Positions 1-9,600 of a DNA stretch of 32,000 nt are shown in pieces. The translations under genes were made by a program, and so were the position numbers. Numbering within the stretch: position 1 is the first letter of the stretch; the number at the start of each line of letters is the position of its first letter. This DNA comes from Candidatus Saccharimonadota bacterium. GTDB lineage: Bacteria > Patescibacteriota > Saccharimonadia > Saccharimonadales > UBA4665. The notes beneath the pieces are model-generated. The model saw only the letters and a list, made by a program, of their open reading frames with translations, ran no database searches and had not been told where the DNA came from. The stretch spans positions 630,001 to 662,000 of the forward strand of contig CP064993.1 in assembly GCA_016699955.1 (NCBI GenBank). The letters are read 5' to 3'.

Positions 1-3000
1 AGACTGGGACACCAGGAACCGCTCAGACCGGGCACTTCAACATCTCTGGCACAGGTATAGCTGCCATCTTGCAGGGCTCAACTAGCGTCCTCACCCCCAT
101 CCTAGACACTGCCGCCGCTGGCACCCTAACCATTGGCGGTACCAATGCTTCTTCTATTTCTCTGGCAGATGACACCGTCCTGGCTGCCAACAAGACCATC
201 ACCATCACAGGCGGCGATACAACTACTCGCAACGGGCTGACTCCAACCGAAGGTATGGTATTCTACGACACTACCACCAAACAACTTCTAATCTACGCCA
301 ATGGCAAGTGGCAGGCTGACAGAGAAACGGCTACAAAGATCGTAGCCCCGAGTACTGCTAGCCAAGCCCTGAAAGATGCTGCCGACTATGTCGCAACAGG
401 TAGCGCCGATCAAACCATCATTAACACCGCTCTTACCGCTGCCGCTGGTGGCAAAGTTGTTCTACTCGAAGGAACATTTACTACCAGTGATGCTATCTCC
501 ATACCAAACAACACGACACTAGCTGGTAACGGTCGTGGCACCTTAGTTACCTTTAGTAACATTGCAACTCAGAACAAGAACATGATCACCAACACAGATA
601 CTACCAATGGTGAAGGCGTGGTTGTCCGTGATCTCCGCCTCGATGGTAACAAAGCCGTCAACACCAGTGGTACTCAGCATGGTATATATATGAACAACGT
701 CGGTTTTGGCTCAAGCGGTGCCGGCATATTGCAAGGACCAACCGTCATTAACACTTGGGTCAACAACTTCCGTTCTACTGGTATCTACTACTACAGCAGC
801 TCAAACGGTACCGTTGCCAACAACAATGTCCTTTACAACGTCGGTGACGGTATCAACATCAACGGGAGTAACCGCGTTACCGTCAGTAACAACACCGTCA
901 TGGTGAACTCAGCCTTCGGTATCCGTGTCAGTGGGTCACTGGCTGTTACCGTGAATGCCAACACTATTGCCGGCAATGGCCTTCTGGCTGGCACGAACAC
1001 CGGTGGTGGTGTCTTGTTTGACGGCAGCAGCTCCAACAACGCCATTACCAACAACAGCCTCCGTGAGAACGGTGCCAGCAGTGGTACGGCCAACAGTAGT
1101 ATTTACATTGCCACTGCTAGCAATAACAGTATTACTGGTAACTCTATCTACGACTCGGCTGGTACCGGTCAGGGTATCCACATCTACGACGCTGCCTCAG
1201 TCTCTAACTACTTTGCCGACAACACCATGGTTGGTACTGGTGCTACTGGCATCATAGACAACGGCACTACTACCATATGGGGTGGTCAAACCAATGCCAG
1301 CGGCAACTTCATGATACAGCCAGCTGGAACTATTGAGCTGATGAAGAACACTAACATTGCCGCTAACCAGAACATTACCTTTGCAGCTGGGTCTGGTAAC
1401 TTCGACCAATCTGCTAGTAGTGGTACCTTTGCTACTGGCACGGGTGCCGTCAGCCTGAACGGAGATACAACTGTAGCTAGTGGTAAGAACCTGACTGTCA
1501 CCAGTGGCACCACAGCACTAACCGGCACTACCAACATAAACACCTCGGGTGCCGCTGCCACCAGCATCGGTACTGGCACTGGCAATAACACTGTTGGTAA
1601 CACCACAGGTACTCTCGGCCTGACGGGTAGCACAGTAACAGTTGCTGGTAATACTAGTATTAATACAACAGGTACTAACACAACCACCATAGGCTCTGTC
1701 ACTGCTGGTGCAGTTAGTATTACTTCCAATGCCCCTAGCAACTTCACCACCAACACAGGTGCCCTCACCCTCACCAGTGCCGCTGCTACCACCTGGAGCA
1801 CAACAGCCGGTGCTCTAACCCTGCAAGGTGCAGCTGGTGCGACCATTAAGTCTGCTGCTGGTACGACATCTAGTGATGTAACTGTCTCCACTGGCAATGC
1901 CAGCGCTGGCGCTAGTGGCAACATCACCATAGATACTGGTACCTACACCAGCGGTACTCCGACTGTGAACATCGGTACTACAGTTGCCGGCGCAGTCACC
2001 ATCGGCCGAGCTGCTACTACCACTACTATCCAAGGCTCTACCAAAGTAACTCCTCAAGCCTCGGCTAGCACCACACTACTGTGTACTAACGCCGGAGTCA
2101 TCTCCACCTGTGATGCTGCAGTACTTGCCCCAACTGCTACTAACTTCATCCAGAACCAGACAGCCTCTACCCAAACAGCTGGCTTTAAGATAGATGGCAC
2201 CGGTACAGCCGGCACATTAGTCGGTACAACAGCTGTCCAAGCACCGCTCTTTGATACTGCTTCGGCCGTAGCCCTAAACATAGGCACTACCAATGCCACC
2301 CAGATTAATCTCAACAAGAATGTATCCATTGCTGCTAACCAGAACATTACCTTTGCAGCTGGGTCTGGTAACTTCGACCAATCTGCTAGTAGTGGTACCT
2401 TTGCTACTGGCACGGGTGCCGTCAGCCTGAACGGAGATACAACTGTAGCTAGTGGTAAGAACCTGACTGTCACCAGTGGCACCACAGCACTAACCGGCAC
2501 TACCAACATAAACACCTCGGGTGCCGCTGCCACCAGCATCGGTACTGGCACTGGCAATAACACTGTTGGTAACACCACAGGTACTCTCGGCCTGACTGGT
2601 AGCACAGTCACAGTTGCTGGTAATACTAGTATTAATACAACAGGTACTAACACAACCACCATAGGCTCTGTCACTGCTGGTGCAGTTAGTATTACTTCCA
2701 ATGCCCCTAGCAACTTCACCACCAACACAGGTGCCCTCACCCTCACCAGTGCCGCTGCTACCACCTGGAGCACAACAGCCGGTGCTCTAACCCTGCAAGG
2801 TGCAGCTGGTGCGACCATTAAGTCTGCTGCTGGTACGACATCTAGTGATGTAACTGTCTCCACTGGCAATGCCAGCGCTGGCGCTAGTGGCAACATCACC
2901 ATAGATACTGGTACCTACACCAGCGGTACTCCGACTGTGAACATCGGTACTACAGTTGCCGGCGCAGTCACCATCGGCCGAGCTGCTACTACCACTACTA

Positions 3001-3130
3001 TCCAAGGCTCTACCAAAGTAACTCCTCAAGCCTCGGCTAGCACCACACTACTGTGTACTAACGCCGGAGTCATCTCCACCTGTGATGCTGCAGTACTTGC
3101 CCCAACTGCTACTAACTTCATCCAGAACCA
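1..3130 (+). repeat. Copy A of a 3.13-kb dispersed direct repeat (partner 14194-17322); extends beyond the window edge
   Basis: By-eye base alignment: nt 1 corresponds to 14194 and nt 3130 to 17322. Only scattered substitutions and five 1-bp indels differ within the block. Similarity stops after ...ttcatccagaacca (3131 aaatgcc versus 17323 gacagcc). Confidence 0.9.
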
Positions 3131-6044
3131 AAATGCCGGGGCACAGGCTACCAGTAACTTCTGGATTAGTGGTACGGGTAGGGCAAACACTAGCTTCCTG
3201 ACCCCCACTCTTGACACCGCCACCGGTGTTGCCCTAAACATCGGCAATACCAATGCGACCAGCATTGTTATAGGTCAAGCGAGTACCACTGCCAGCGTCA
3301 AGAGCACCCTTTCACTCGATGGCACCGCTTTAAATAATGTACGGCTGTCTTTGTCTGGAACGCTCAGCGCTAGTAACACCTCAGCTATATATGGCATCCA
3401 GAATCAGATGAACTTCAGCCCAACCGGCGGCTCTCTAAGTAGCCTGTACGGCTTTATCAATCTTCCGACTATATCAGGCAGTAACTATGCAATCGGCGAC
3501 GTCTACGCCGCCTTTAACCGCATTGATACGACAGCCGGCTACACCGGTCAGATAACCAATGGGTATGGTCTGCGAATTGATGCCCCAAGTCTTGCCGGTA
3601 GTCCTGGTGCAGGCGTAGCCAAGATTTTAAACTACACAGGTATCTACGTAAATGGTACTAGTAATGGTGGCAACACAAGTAACACAATCAGTAACTACGG
3701 TATACGGCTTCCGGGCAGTTCTGCTACAGCTGGTGCTGGTGGTATACTCAACAACTACACTGCTCACATCACTGTTCCAACAGGCGGGGCCACAGGAACA
3801 ACCAGCAACTACGGCCTTTATTTGACAGGCGCTGGTGGTGCCGCAACGACAAACTACGCCATCTACAATAGTTCTACCGCCGCCAACTACCTCCAGGGCA
3901 ACACCAGTATTGGAACAGCCAGTAACCCAAATGGCTACGTCCTCAACGTCCAAGGCACAGTAGGCGCAAGCGGTGGGGCTATAAACCTAAACGTTAGTAG
4001 CAACTATGCAGTCAACATAGGCACTGGCACAACTAACGTAGCCGTGACCATTGGTAACACTGCCAACACAACAAACTTTGGCTCACGCACAATCAATATC
4101 GGTACGGCTGGTGCAACGAATACAGTTCAGGGGGCAGCACAAACGGCAGCCAATACGACTGGCGATCAGCTAACCATTAAGGGCAGTGCTGGTCTGGGGA
4201 GTGGTAACGGTGGTACCCTACTCCTGTCGGGTGGAGATGCTGGCGGTACCGGAAAGATGGGTCTTGTTAGCTTGAATCCAACTGCATTTGCAGCATCTTC
4301 TACGGTCACACTTTCGGCCACTAACTCTTTGAATACATTGCTTACAAACGGCACAAACAACTACGGAACAGTTCCAGTCAATGCCACTGGTACAGGCTAT
4401 GTATTGACGGTTGATTTGCCTACAGTGACAACTGTTGGTCGTATTTTGTACATCACCGCTGTCAATGGCAGCTCCGACTTTACGCTGTCGCTAGCGGGCA
4501 CCTCAGTTAGCATCAGCATGAAGGCGAATAGTACCGCGACTTTGGTGTACAACGGTACCGGCTGGACAGCAGCTGGTGCCAGTAGCTCAACCGACCTTCA
4601 GGCCGCTTACAACAATACCCTCACTAGCGCTGGTGGTGCAGAGCTGGTCTTGAATGCACCTGGCGGAGCTGCCGACGGTTTGACTATTCGTAATAACGGC
4701 ACGACACCGCTCTCTGGAGGCCTCCTAGAAGTCCAAACAGCTGTTGGTACCAACCTGTTCAGTGTTAATAGCTACGGTACCGAGCTGGCGAGCAACGGTG
4801 GTGCGGAAACGGCTGGAGGGTCAAGCATAACCTTCCCGGCAAGTACATGGTCGGCGCAGAGCACAGCAACGGTTAGCCGCACGGTGACCAGTGGTGAATA
4901 CCAGACGGGTCAGGCAGGTGTGAAAGTTGTAACGACCGGTATATCTCAAGGTGCCAAGAACCAGCTATCGGGTAATCCTGTTACTGGCTCTGTTACGTAT
5001 ACTGTCTCGTTCACTGCCGCTTCGAGTACGGCGGGTCAGAACACAACACCGATAGAGGTCATCTATTCTCCAGACAACGGCACGACTATGACGAACACGT
5101 GTCAAGGCTTTGGCGGTGGTTACACAACCTCACGGCCCATCTCAAACTACACGAGCTACAACTGGACGAAAGTTACCTGTACGGTAACCACCACTGCGAC
5201 CGCAGTGACCACACCACTACTCATAATCCGTCAGACAGATGCGACTTCGCGCACGTTTTACATAGACAACCTCAGTTTCATCCGCAATGACTCCACGACT
5301 CGCCCTGCAAACGTTCAAATCGGGGGTGGTAACACAGGTGGTCAAGTCACTCTCTTTACCTTTGACCGCTCGAGTACAGCCCCACTTGTCTCTGGAAGTG
5401 ATGACCGCTATCTGGGCTCAATGTACTACGACACAACCCTCGGAAACATTCAGTGTTACGAGGCTGACGGATGGGGCGCCTGCGGTAGCGCCCCAGACAA
5501 CATCATTACGCTTACACCGGAGTACTCAAACGCTGTACTTAGCGCTCCGGGTACCATGGGAGGAACGTTTACTGCGACTGGCGTAGGTACGCTGACGGCC
5601 GATTTCTGTTCGAACGAAAACACCGTCCTCCAAGTCAACACCGGCTTCTGCGCGAACCACGTATCTCGCAACTACTACCGCTGGACTTCACCTCAGGCAA
5701 CGGCACAAACCTACAGTATTTATGTCTCGTACAAATTGCCGAGCACCTTCAAAACGTTCTACGACGACAACACTATCAAGCTGACTGGTTTACGTGACCA
5801 CGCAACGAACTCGACTGCCGCTCTCAGTGTATTCAGAAGTACTGGTAGTGCTGTGACTCAGTGTGGGTCAACCACAACCGTGACGACAGCGACCAGTTCA
5901 TGGACAACAACTAGCTTGACGGGCAACGAAACAGGGTGTGGTTTTGCCGCTGGTGATGTTGTGCTGTTCAAAATAAATGTGACGGCACAGAGTAACGCCA
6001 ACGTGTACGTTGAAAACCTAGAGTTCAGGTATACCAATAAGTAA
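1..6044 (+). CDS. Giant fibre-like secreted/surface protein, 5'-truncated by the window edge (2013 codons in window; reading phase starts at nt 3). Contains a parallel beta-helix region, a 2 x 324-aa tandem repeat, a CBM4_9-like module and a beta-rich C-terminal tip.
   Basis: The frame is open from nt 3 to TAA 6042-6044; ORF-track entry 69..6044 is the same frame from an internal TTG. nt 1-3130 are ~99% identical to 14194-17322 of the downstream paralog, whose upstream part carries a signal peptide, so the true start lies left of the window. Degenerate ~22-aa repeats (VSNNTVMVNSAFGIRVSG, VNANTIAGNG, ITNNSLRENG, ITGNSIYDSAG) fit a right-handed parallel beta-helix of PbH1/NosD type. Composition is T/N/G/S/A-rich with very few charged residues. 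The pattern NGGAE..W...FYIDNLSFI at ~4740-5290 resembles CBM4_9. Confidence 0.85.
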   Translation, partial: TGTPGTAQTGHFNISGTGIAAILQGSTSVLTPILDTAAAGTLTIGGTNASSISLADDTVLAANKTITITGGDTTTRNGLTPTEGMVFYDTTTKQLLIYANGKWQADRETATKIVAPSTASQALKDAADYVATGSADQTIINTALTAAAGGKVVLLEGTFTTSDAISIPNNTTLAGNGRGTLVTFSNIATQNKNMITNTDTTNGEGVVVRDLRLDGNKAVNTSGTQHGIYMNNVGFGSSGAGILQGPTVINTWVNNFRSTGIYYYSSSNGTVANNNVLYNVGDGININGSNRVTVSNNTVMVNSAFGIRVSGSLAVTVNANTIAGNGLLAGTNTGGGVLFDGSSSNNAITNNSLRENGASSGTANSSIYIATASNNSITGNSIYDSAGTGQGIHIYDAASVSNYFADNTMVGTGATGIIDNGTTTIWGGQTNASGNFMIQPAGTIELMKNTNIAANQNITFAAGSGNFDQSASSGTFATGTGAVSLNGDTTVASGKNLTVTSGTTALTGTTNINTSGAAATSIGTGTGNNTVGNTTGTLGLTGSTVTVAGNTSINTTGTNTTTIGSVTAGAVSITSNAPSNFTTNTGALTLTSAAATTWSTTAGALTLQGAAGATIKSAAGTTSSDVTVSTGNASAGASGNITIDTGTYTSGTPTVNIGTTVAGAVTIGRAATTTTIQGSTKVTPQASASTTLLCTNAGVISTCDAAVLAPTATNFIQNQTASTQTAGFKIDGTGTAGTLVGTTAVQAPLFDTASAVALNIGTTNATQINLNKNVSIAANQNITFAAGSGNFDQSASSGTFATGTGAVSLNGDTTVASGKNLTVTSGTTALTGTTNINTSGAAATSIGTGTGNNTVGNTTGTLGLTGSTVTVAGNTSINTTGTNTTTIGSVTAGAVSITSNAPSNFTTNTGALTLTSAAATTWSTTAGALTLQGAAGATIKSAAGTTSSDVTVSTGNASAGASGNITIDTGTYTSGTPTVNIGTTVAGAVTIGRAATTTTIQGSTKVTPQASASTTLLCTNAGVISTCDAAVLAPTATNFIQNQNAGAQATSNFWISGTGRANTSFLTPTLDTATGVALNIGNTNATSIVIGQASTTASVKSTLSLDGTALNNVRLSLSGTLSASNTSAIYGIQNQMNFSPTGGSLSSLYGFINLPTISGSNYAIGDVYAAFNRIDTTAGYTGQITNGYGLRIDAPSLAGSPGAGVAKILNYTGIYVNGTSNGGNTSNTISNYGIRLPGSSATAGAGGILNNYTAHITVPTGGATGTTSNYGLYLTGAGGAATTNYAIYNSSTAANYLQGNTSIGTASNPNGYVLNVQGTVGASGGAINLNVSSNYAVNIGTGTTNVAVTIGNTANTTNFGSRTINIGTAGATNTVQGAAQTAANTTGDQLTIKGSAGLGSGNGGTLLLSGGDAGGTGKMGLVSLNPTAFAASSTVTLSATNSLNTLLTNGTNNYGTVPVNATGTGYVLTVDLPTVTTVGRILYITAVNGSSDFTLSLAGTSVSISMKANSTATLVYNGTGWTAAGASSSTDLQAAYNNTLTSAGGAELVLNAPGGAADGLTIRNNGTTPLSGGLLEVQTAVGTNLFSVNSYGTELASNGGAETAGGSSITFPASTWSAQSTATVSRTVTSGEYQTGQAGVKVVTTGISQGAKNQLSGNPVTGSVTYTVSFTAASSTAGQNTTPIEVIYSPDNGTTMTNTCQGFGGGYTTSRPISNYTSYNWTKVTCTVTTTATAVTTPLLIIRQTDATSRTFYIDNLSFIRNDSTTRPANVQIGGGNTGGQVTLFTFDRSSTAPLVSGSDDRYLGSMYYDTTLGNIQCYEADGWGACGSAPDNIITLTPEYSNAVLSAPGTMGGTFTATGVGTLTADFCSNENTVLQVNTGFCANHVSRNYYRWTSPQATAQTYSIYVSYKLPSTFKTFYDDNTIKLTGLRDHATNSTAALSVFRSTGSAVTQCGSTTTVTTATSSWTTTSLTGNETGCGFAAGDVVLFKINVTAQSNANVYVENLEFRYTNK
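1362..3305 (+). repeat. In-frame tandem duplication, 2 units of 972 bp (324 aa), inside fibre gene 1
   Basis: gctaaccagaacattacc recurs at 1362 and 2334, a period of exactly 972 bp. About 790 bp of each unit (1362-2152 versus 2334-3124) are nearly identical; I saw 2 substitutions. The last ~180 bp of the units are homologous but diverged (QTASTQTAGFKIDGTG... versus QNAGAQATSNFWISGTG...). Confidence 0.9.
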
Positions 6045-6108
6045 GGGAAGAAGTAGATATAAGAGATAAGAGATATGAGTTAAGAGATAAGAAAGAAAAG
6101 GAAAACAA

Positions 6109-6267
6109 ATGAACAACTATCAAACAACAATACCACCTCCAACCAAGTCTTCTATACGGGCGGGACCGTGTAGAAGGCTGGAAGACCGAGAACTCCACGC
6201 CCCAAAATCAAAACAAAATTCAAAACCTTTAAAACCAAACAAACATATACAAAAGGAATTAATATGA
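6109..6267 (+). CDS. Candidate small ORF (52 aa, very basic, Pro/Lys-rich); hypothetical
   Basis: ATG 6109 is preceded by AAAAGGA at a 6-nt spacing. The product is MNNYQTTIPPPTKSSIRAGPCRRLEDRELHAPKSKQNSKPLKPNKHIQKELI. Its stop TGA 6265-6267 overlaps the next ATG (ATGA). It is below the ORF-track size cutoff and I recognised no homology. Confidence 0.25.
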   Translation: MNNYQTTIPPPTKSSIRAGPCRRLEDRELHAPKSKQNSKPLKPNKHIQKELI

Positions 6268-6386
6268 AAAAGGATCGAAAGAGGCAAGATGATCGAGTCC
6301 TGAAGCGACTGCCGCAAAATGAGCGGCGGAAGCAGGTTCGACTGCGGCGGCAGATACAAAGCGACCCATTGTTTGCACTGGCTTAG
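6264..6386 (+). CDS. Candidate small ORF (40 aa, Arg/Lys-rich); hypothetical, apparently translationally coupled to 6109-6267
   Basis: ATG 6264 has the same AAAAGGA-N6-ATG arrangement and an ATGA overlap with the upstream small ORF. The product is MKKDRKRQDDRVLKRLPQNERRKQVRLRRQIQSDPLFALA. An intrinsic-terminator-like hairpin lies ~80 nt downstream. Confidence 0.25.
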   Translation: MKKDRKRQDDRVLKRLPQNERRKQVRLRRQIQSDPLFALA

Positions 6387-6465
6387 TCAGACCCCTACGG
6401 GGTTAGCTCCTCCTCGTTATTGTCAAATAGTGGCTTTACGGAAAACAAAAACAAAAACTCGCGGT

Positions 6466-6495
6466 AAAATCCCAGGTGAAAACCCTGGGATTTTA
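6466..6495. terminator. Intrinsic-terminator-like hairpin, symmetric and usable on either strand
   Basis: aaaatcccagg (6466-6476) and cctgggatttt (6484-6494) form a perfect 11-bp inverted repeat with a GC core tcccagg/cctggga, a 7-nt loop and a T-run at the 3' side. It lies between fibre gene 1 with its small ORFs and the Kelch gene. Confidence 0.55.
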
Positions 6496-6600
6496 CTTGG
6501 CCGAGCAAAATGTGGACAAAAAACGTATGGATTTCAGGGGTGGAGTGATACACTGTAAGCAGTAGCGGTAAGGGAAAGTGCGTTTAACGTACGGGAAAAA

Positions 6601-9600
6601 GTGGAAGACAGAAAAATCCAAGCAATGACGCATGGTTTGTCCGAATCTCAGGGAGGGGCGGCTAATGTTCCTCGTAAAACAGTTACACTGCGTTTGGGGC
6701 TTATGCCTCGTGGGATTATTCTGGTTGTTCGTGCTGCGTGGGCTAAGCTGCGGCGTGCAGTGAATAAGCTGGAAAAATACATTCTGCTTAGTTTGCCAAA
6801 ACCATTGGCACGAAAACTCTACTTTTTACGTCCAAAACGTCGAAAACATCCAGTGCTGGCACGGCTAGGCTGGGGTGCGATGGCGCTTCTGATGCTTTTT
6901 GCGGCAAATTCCCAACTGCTGTCGGTGCGACAAAAGGACATAATATACGCGCTTTCACCGCGAGCAGAAGCTTTGCTTGGCAAGGCAAACCAATCATACG
7001 AACAAAGTCTTCGTTTAGATTACAAACAAGGCAGCTATCTTTACAACGATGGATATCGCTCGAGCGCAGAAGTGATTTCTCAGGGTACTCCAAAATTTAG
7101 TGCCTCATTTAGTCTTGATCCAAAGCAAGGCGTCATGGTTACCGATCCTGCCACGGGTGCAAAACTGACGTTTGTGCCAGAGTTTGCACTGCATGAGCCC
7201 CGGCAATCACAAAATCGACTGATCTATCCTGTGGCGGGTAGTACTGCGCAAAAAGTGTATACGGCGCGAGCAGCAAGCATCAAAGAAGATATTATCTTAA
7301 ATCAATACAGTACGGACTCGATGGAATTTAAATACACACTTAAAACCGATACTGGTACAGAGGCGCGGATGGAATCAGACGGCTCGCTTGGCGTATACGG
7401 CGTAAACTCGGCATTGCTTGGGGCGGTTTCGACGGGATCTGAGTCGGATACAAAACTGCTTGAACAGGCGAGGGCAAATGGCGAAAAAAACCGCTTACTC
7501 TTCACTCTGCCCGCTCCTTACATACGGGAGTCGGGTAGAAAAACGAGTCAGGCAAAAGCTTGGTATAGCTTGAATAAAGACGTCCTTACGGTGCACGCAA
7601 CTAACTTACAATCTGCTAACTACCCTCTAACAATCGACCCTACTGTCTATATTGAAACTGCACGGAAGCTCATGAAAGGCAACAACGAAACAAATGTTGA
7701 CTTTGACGTCGATAACGAACTCATACAAAAAAGCCAGACTACCGGGGCTCGCATTGACTACTGGTCTGACACGACAGAAATGAGTAGCGGTGTTTGGGAT
7801 CAAGCGATGGCTTCGGCTGGGGGTTTTGTGTACCGCTCGGGTGGTCGTATAGATCCGACCATGCCGTATGTGGCTAGCCAGCAGGCGACCACACAGGCAA
7901 CAAACAGCCTAAGTTTTACTATGAATATGCCCACGCTGCGTCCAGCAGGTGATTTGTACGTTGCGCTAATTGCAAAAGACGGCGATAACAGAGTATCACC
8001 ACCTGCTGGATGGACGGAGTATGCCGATTTGCAGCAACACGCAGCGTACTACAAAGAAGGAACAGACCAGGGCGGGGGGAATGAAGCCGCGACATACCAG
8101 TGGACGGTTGCAACAACGGCAGAGCAATGGACGGGAATTATTCTGCGGATAAAAAACTTCAATGCCGGCTCACCAGTTAGCGGTACAGCAGGCACTACCA
8201 GCGCAGCCTCTGGAATCCCACAGTTTCCGGCTACAACACCTGGACATGATGCAACTTTGGTAATACGGGCAACAGGCTTTGACGAAGATCAACCCAGCGA
8301 AGCAACATGGTTACCGCTGGGCCATACCCGCGTTTATTCTGGAACAAGTAGCGACACAGACGCCGTCAACAGCGCTGCCCTTGTCGCGACCACTCTAGAT
8401 GTTCCGCCGCTGGCGAGCAATAGCACCGCCGCCGCATCTTTGATAAATGACGGGCTAATCAATGATTCTTACGGTGCATCTTCTATTGCTATTCGGCCGG
8501 CGACTGTCACAGCAGGGTACCAGAACATGCTCGAATGGGCCCAGGTTAACCCCTCTGCGGGAACAATCGATAGCCCCAATCCGGGAGCCGGTACGTGTAG
8601 TGGCTGGTGCACGCAGGCTGTCTATAATTTGCCGGCCAATCGAGTAGGCATGTCGATGTATGCGTACAATGGTTTTCTGTACGCCATTGGCGGGACTACC
8701 GACGGTACCGCTGCAAACGCACAGAACACGGTGTGGGTTGCCAAACTAGGTGCTAACGGCGAGCCGCAGTTGTGGCACCCATCTGGCGGCACGCCAACCT
8801 ATTGGTACGCCTCTACAAACACGCTTCCCGTCGCACTCAGTTATACAGCCATTAGCATTGCCAACAACAGATTATATTTGCTTGGCGGCAGGAACACAGG
8901 TGGCACCAGCGTTGACACGGTTCGGGTTGCCGACGTACTGGCAACTGGTGATATTGGGCCCTGGTCGACAACAGGTATGCAAAACTTGCCAGATGTCCGC
9001 CACGGTCACAGCGTGCAGTTTTATAATGACGTTATGTACCTTATTGGCGGGAATAGCAGTGGCACACTCCGCAACACTGTGTACTTTAGTAAAATGAACG
9101 CCGACGGAACGATGAATTCATGGTCTCAAACAAGCACATTCACGACCGCACGTGCCAGTATGGGTGGCTCCATGACGACTGTTTGGGGTGGGTATGTGTA
9201 TATGGGTGGGGGATGCTCGGGCTTAACTGGTGCCTATTGCAGTACCATTGCAAGCGATGTCCAGCTAGCGAGTATTAATGCCGATGGTTCACTCGCCGAC
9301 TGGAACACTATACTGAATCTCAGTAACCAGCGCATTGGGTACAGTCTTGTGGCGTGGCAAAACGGGCTGTACCGTTTTGGTGGCTGTAACCGGCAAAATA
9401 CGACCACCGGTGTGTGCTATGCGGTACATAGAGATGTTGAATATGGAATAGTCAACCCAGACGGTGATGCGAGCACCGTAAGTAATTCTGAACCAGCCAA
9501 CACGGGCAACTGTGTTACGCCTAACTTTACCGACTGTGACCTTCCTGGTGGTGGTGATGGTGCAGAGCAGGGCGGGCAAATGAGCAACATGGTAGTGATA

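Noticed and set aside
1362-3305. Whether the long repeats could be a CRISPR array or a diversity-generating-retroelement TR/VR pair.
   Set aside because: The units are 972 bp, contiguous, in-frame and coding, so there is no spacer structure. Differences between copies are not adenine-specific (e.g. g>t, a>c, c>g), and no reverse transcriptase is present in the window.
833-5671. Many 60-280-aa ORFs on the minus strand and in off-frames inside the fibre genes (V/P/A/L-rich products such as 1286-1930, 2054-2902 and 16246-17094).
   Set aside because: They are mirror images of the low-complexity ACN/GGN/GCN-rich coding strand. They repeat wherever the repeat occurs, have no start context and are nested in a far longer coherent ORF.
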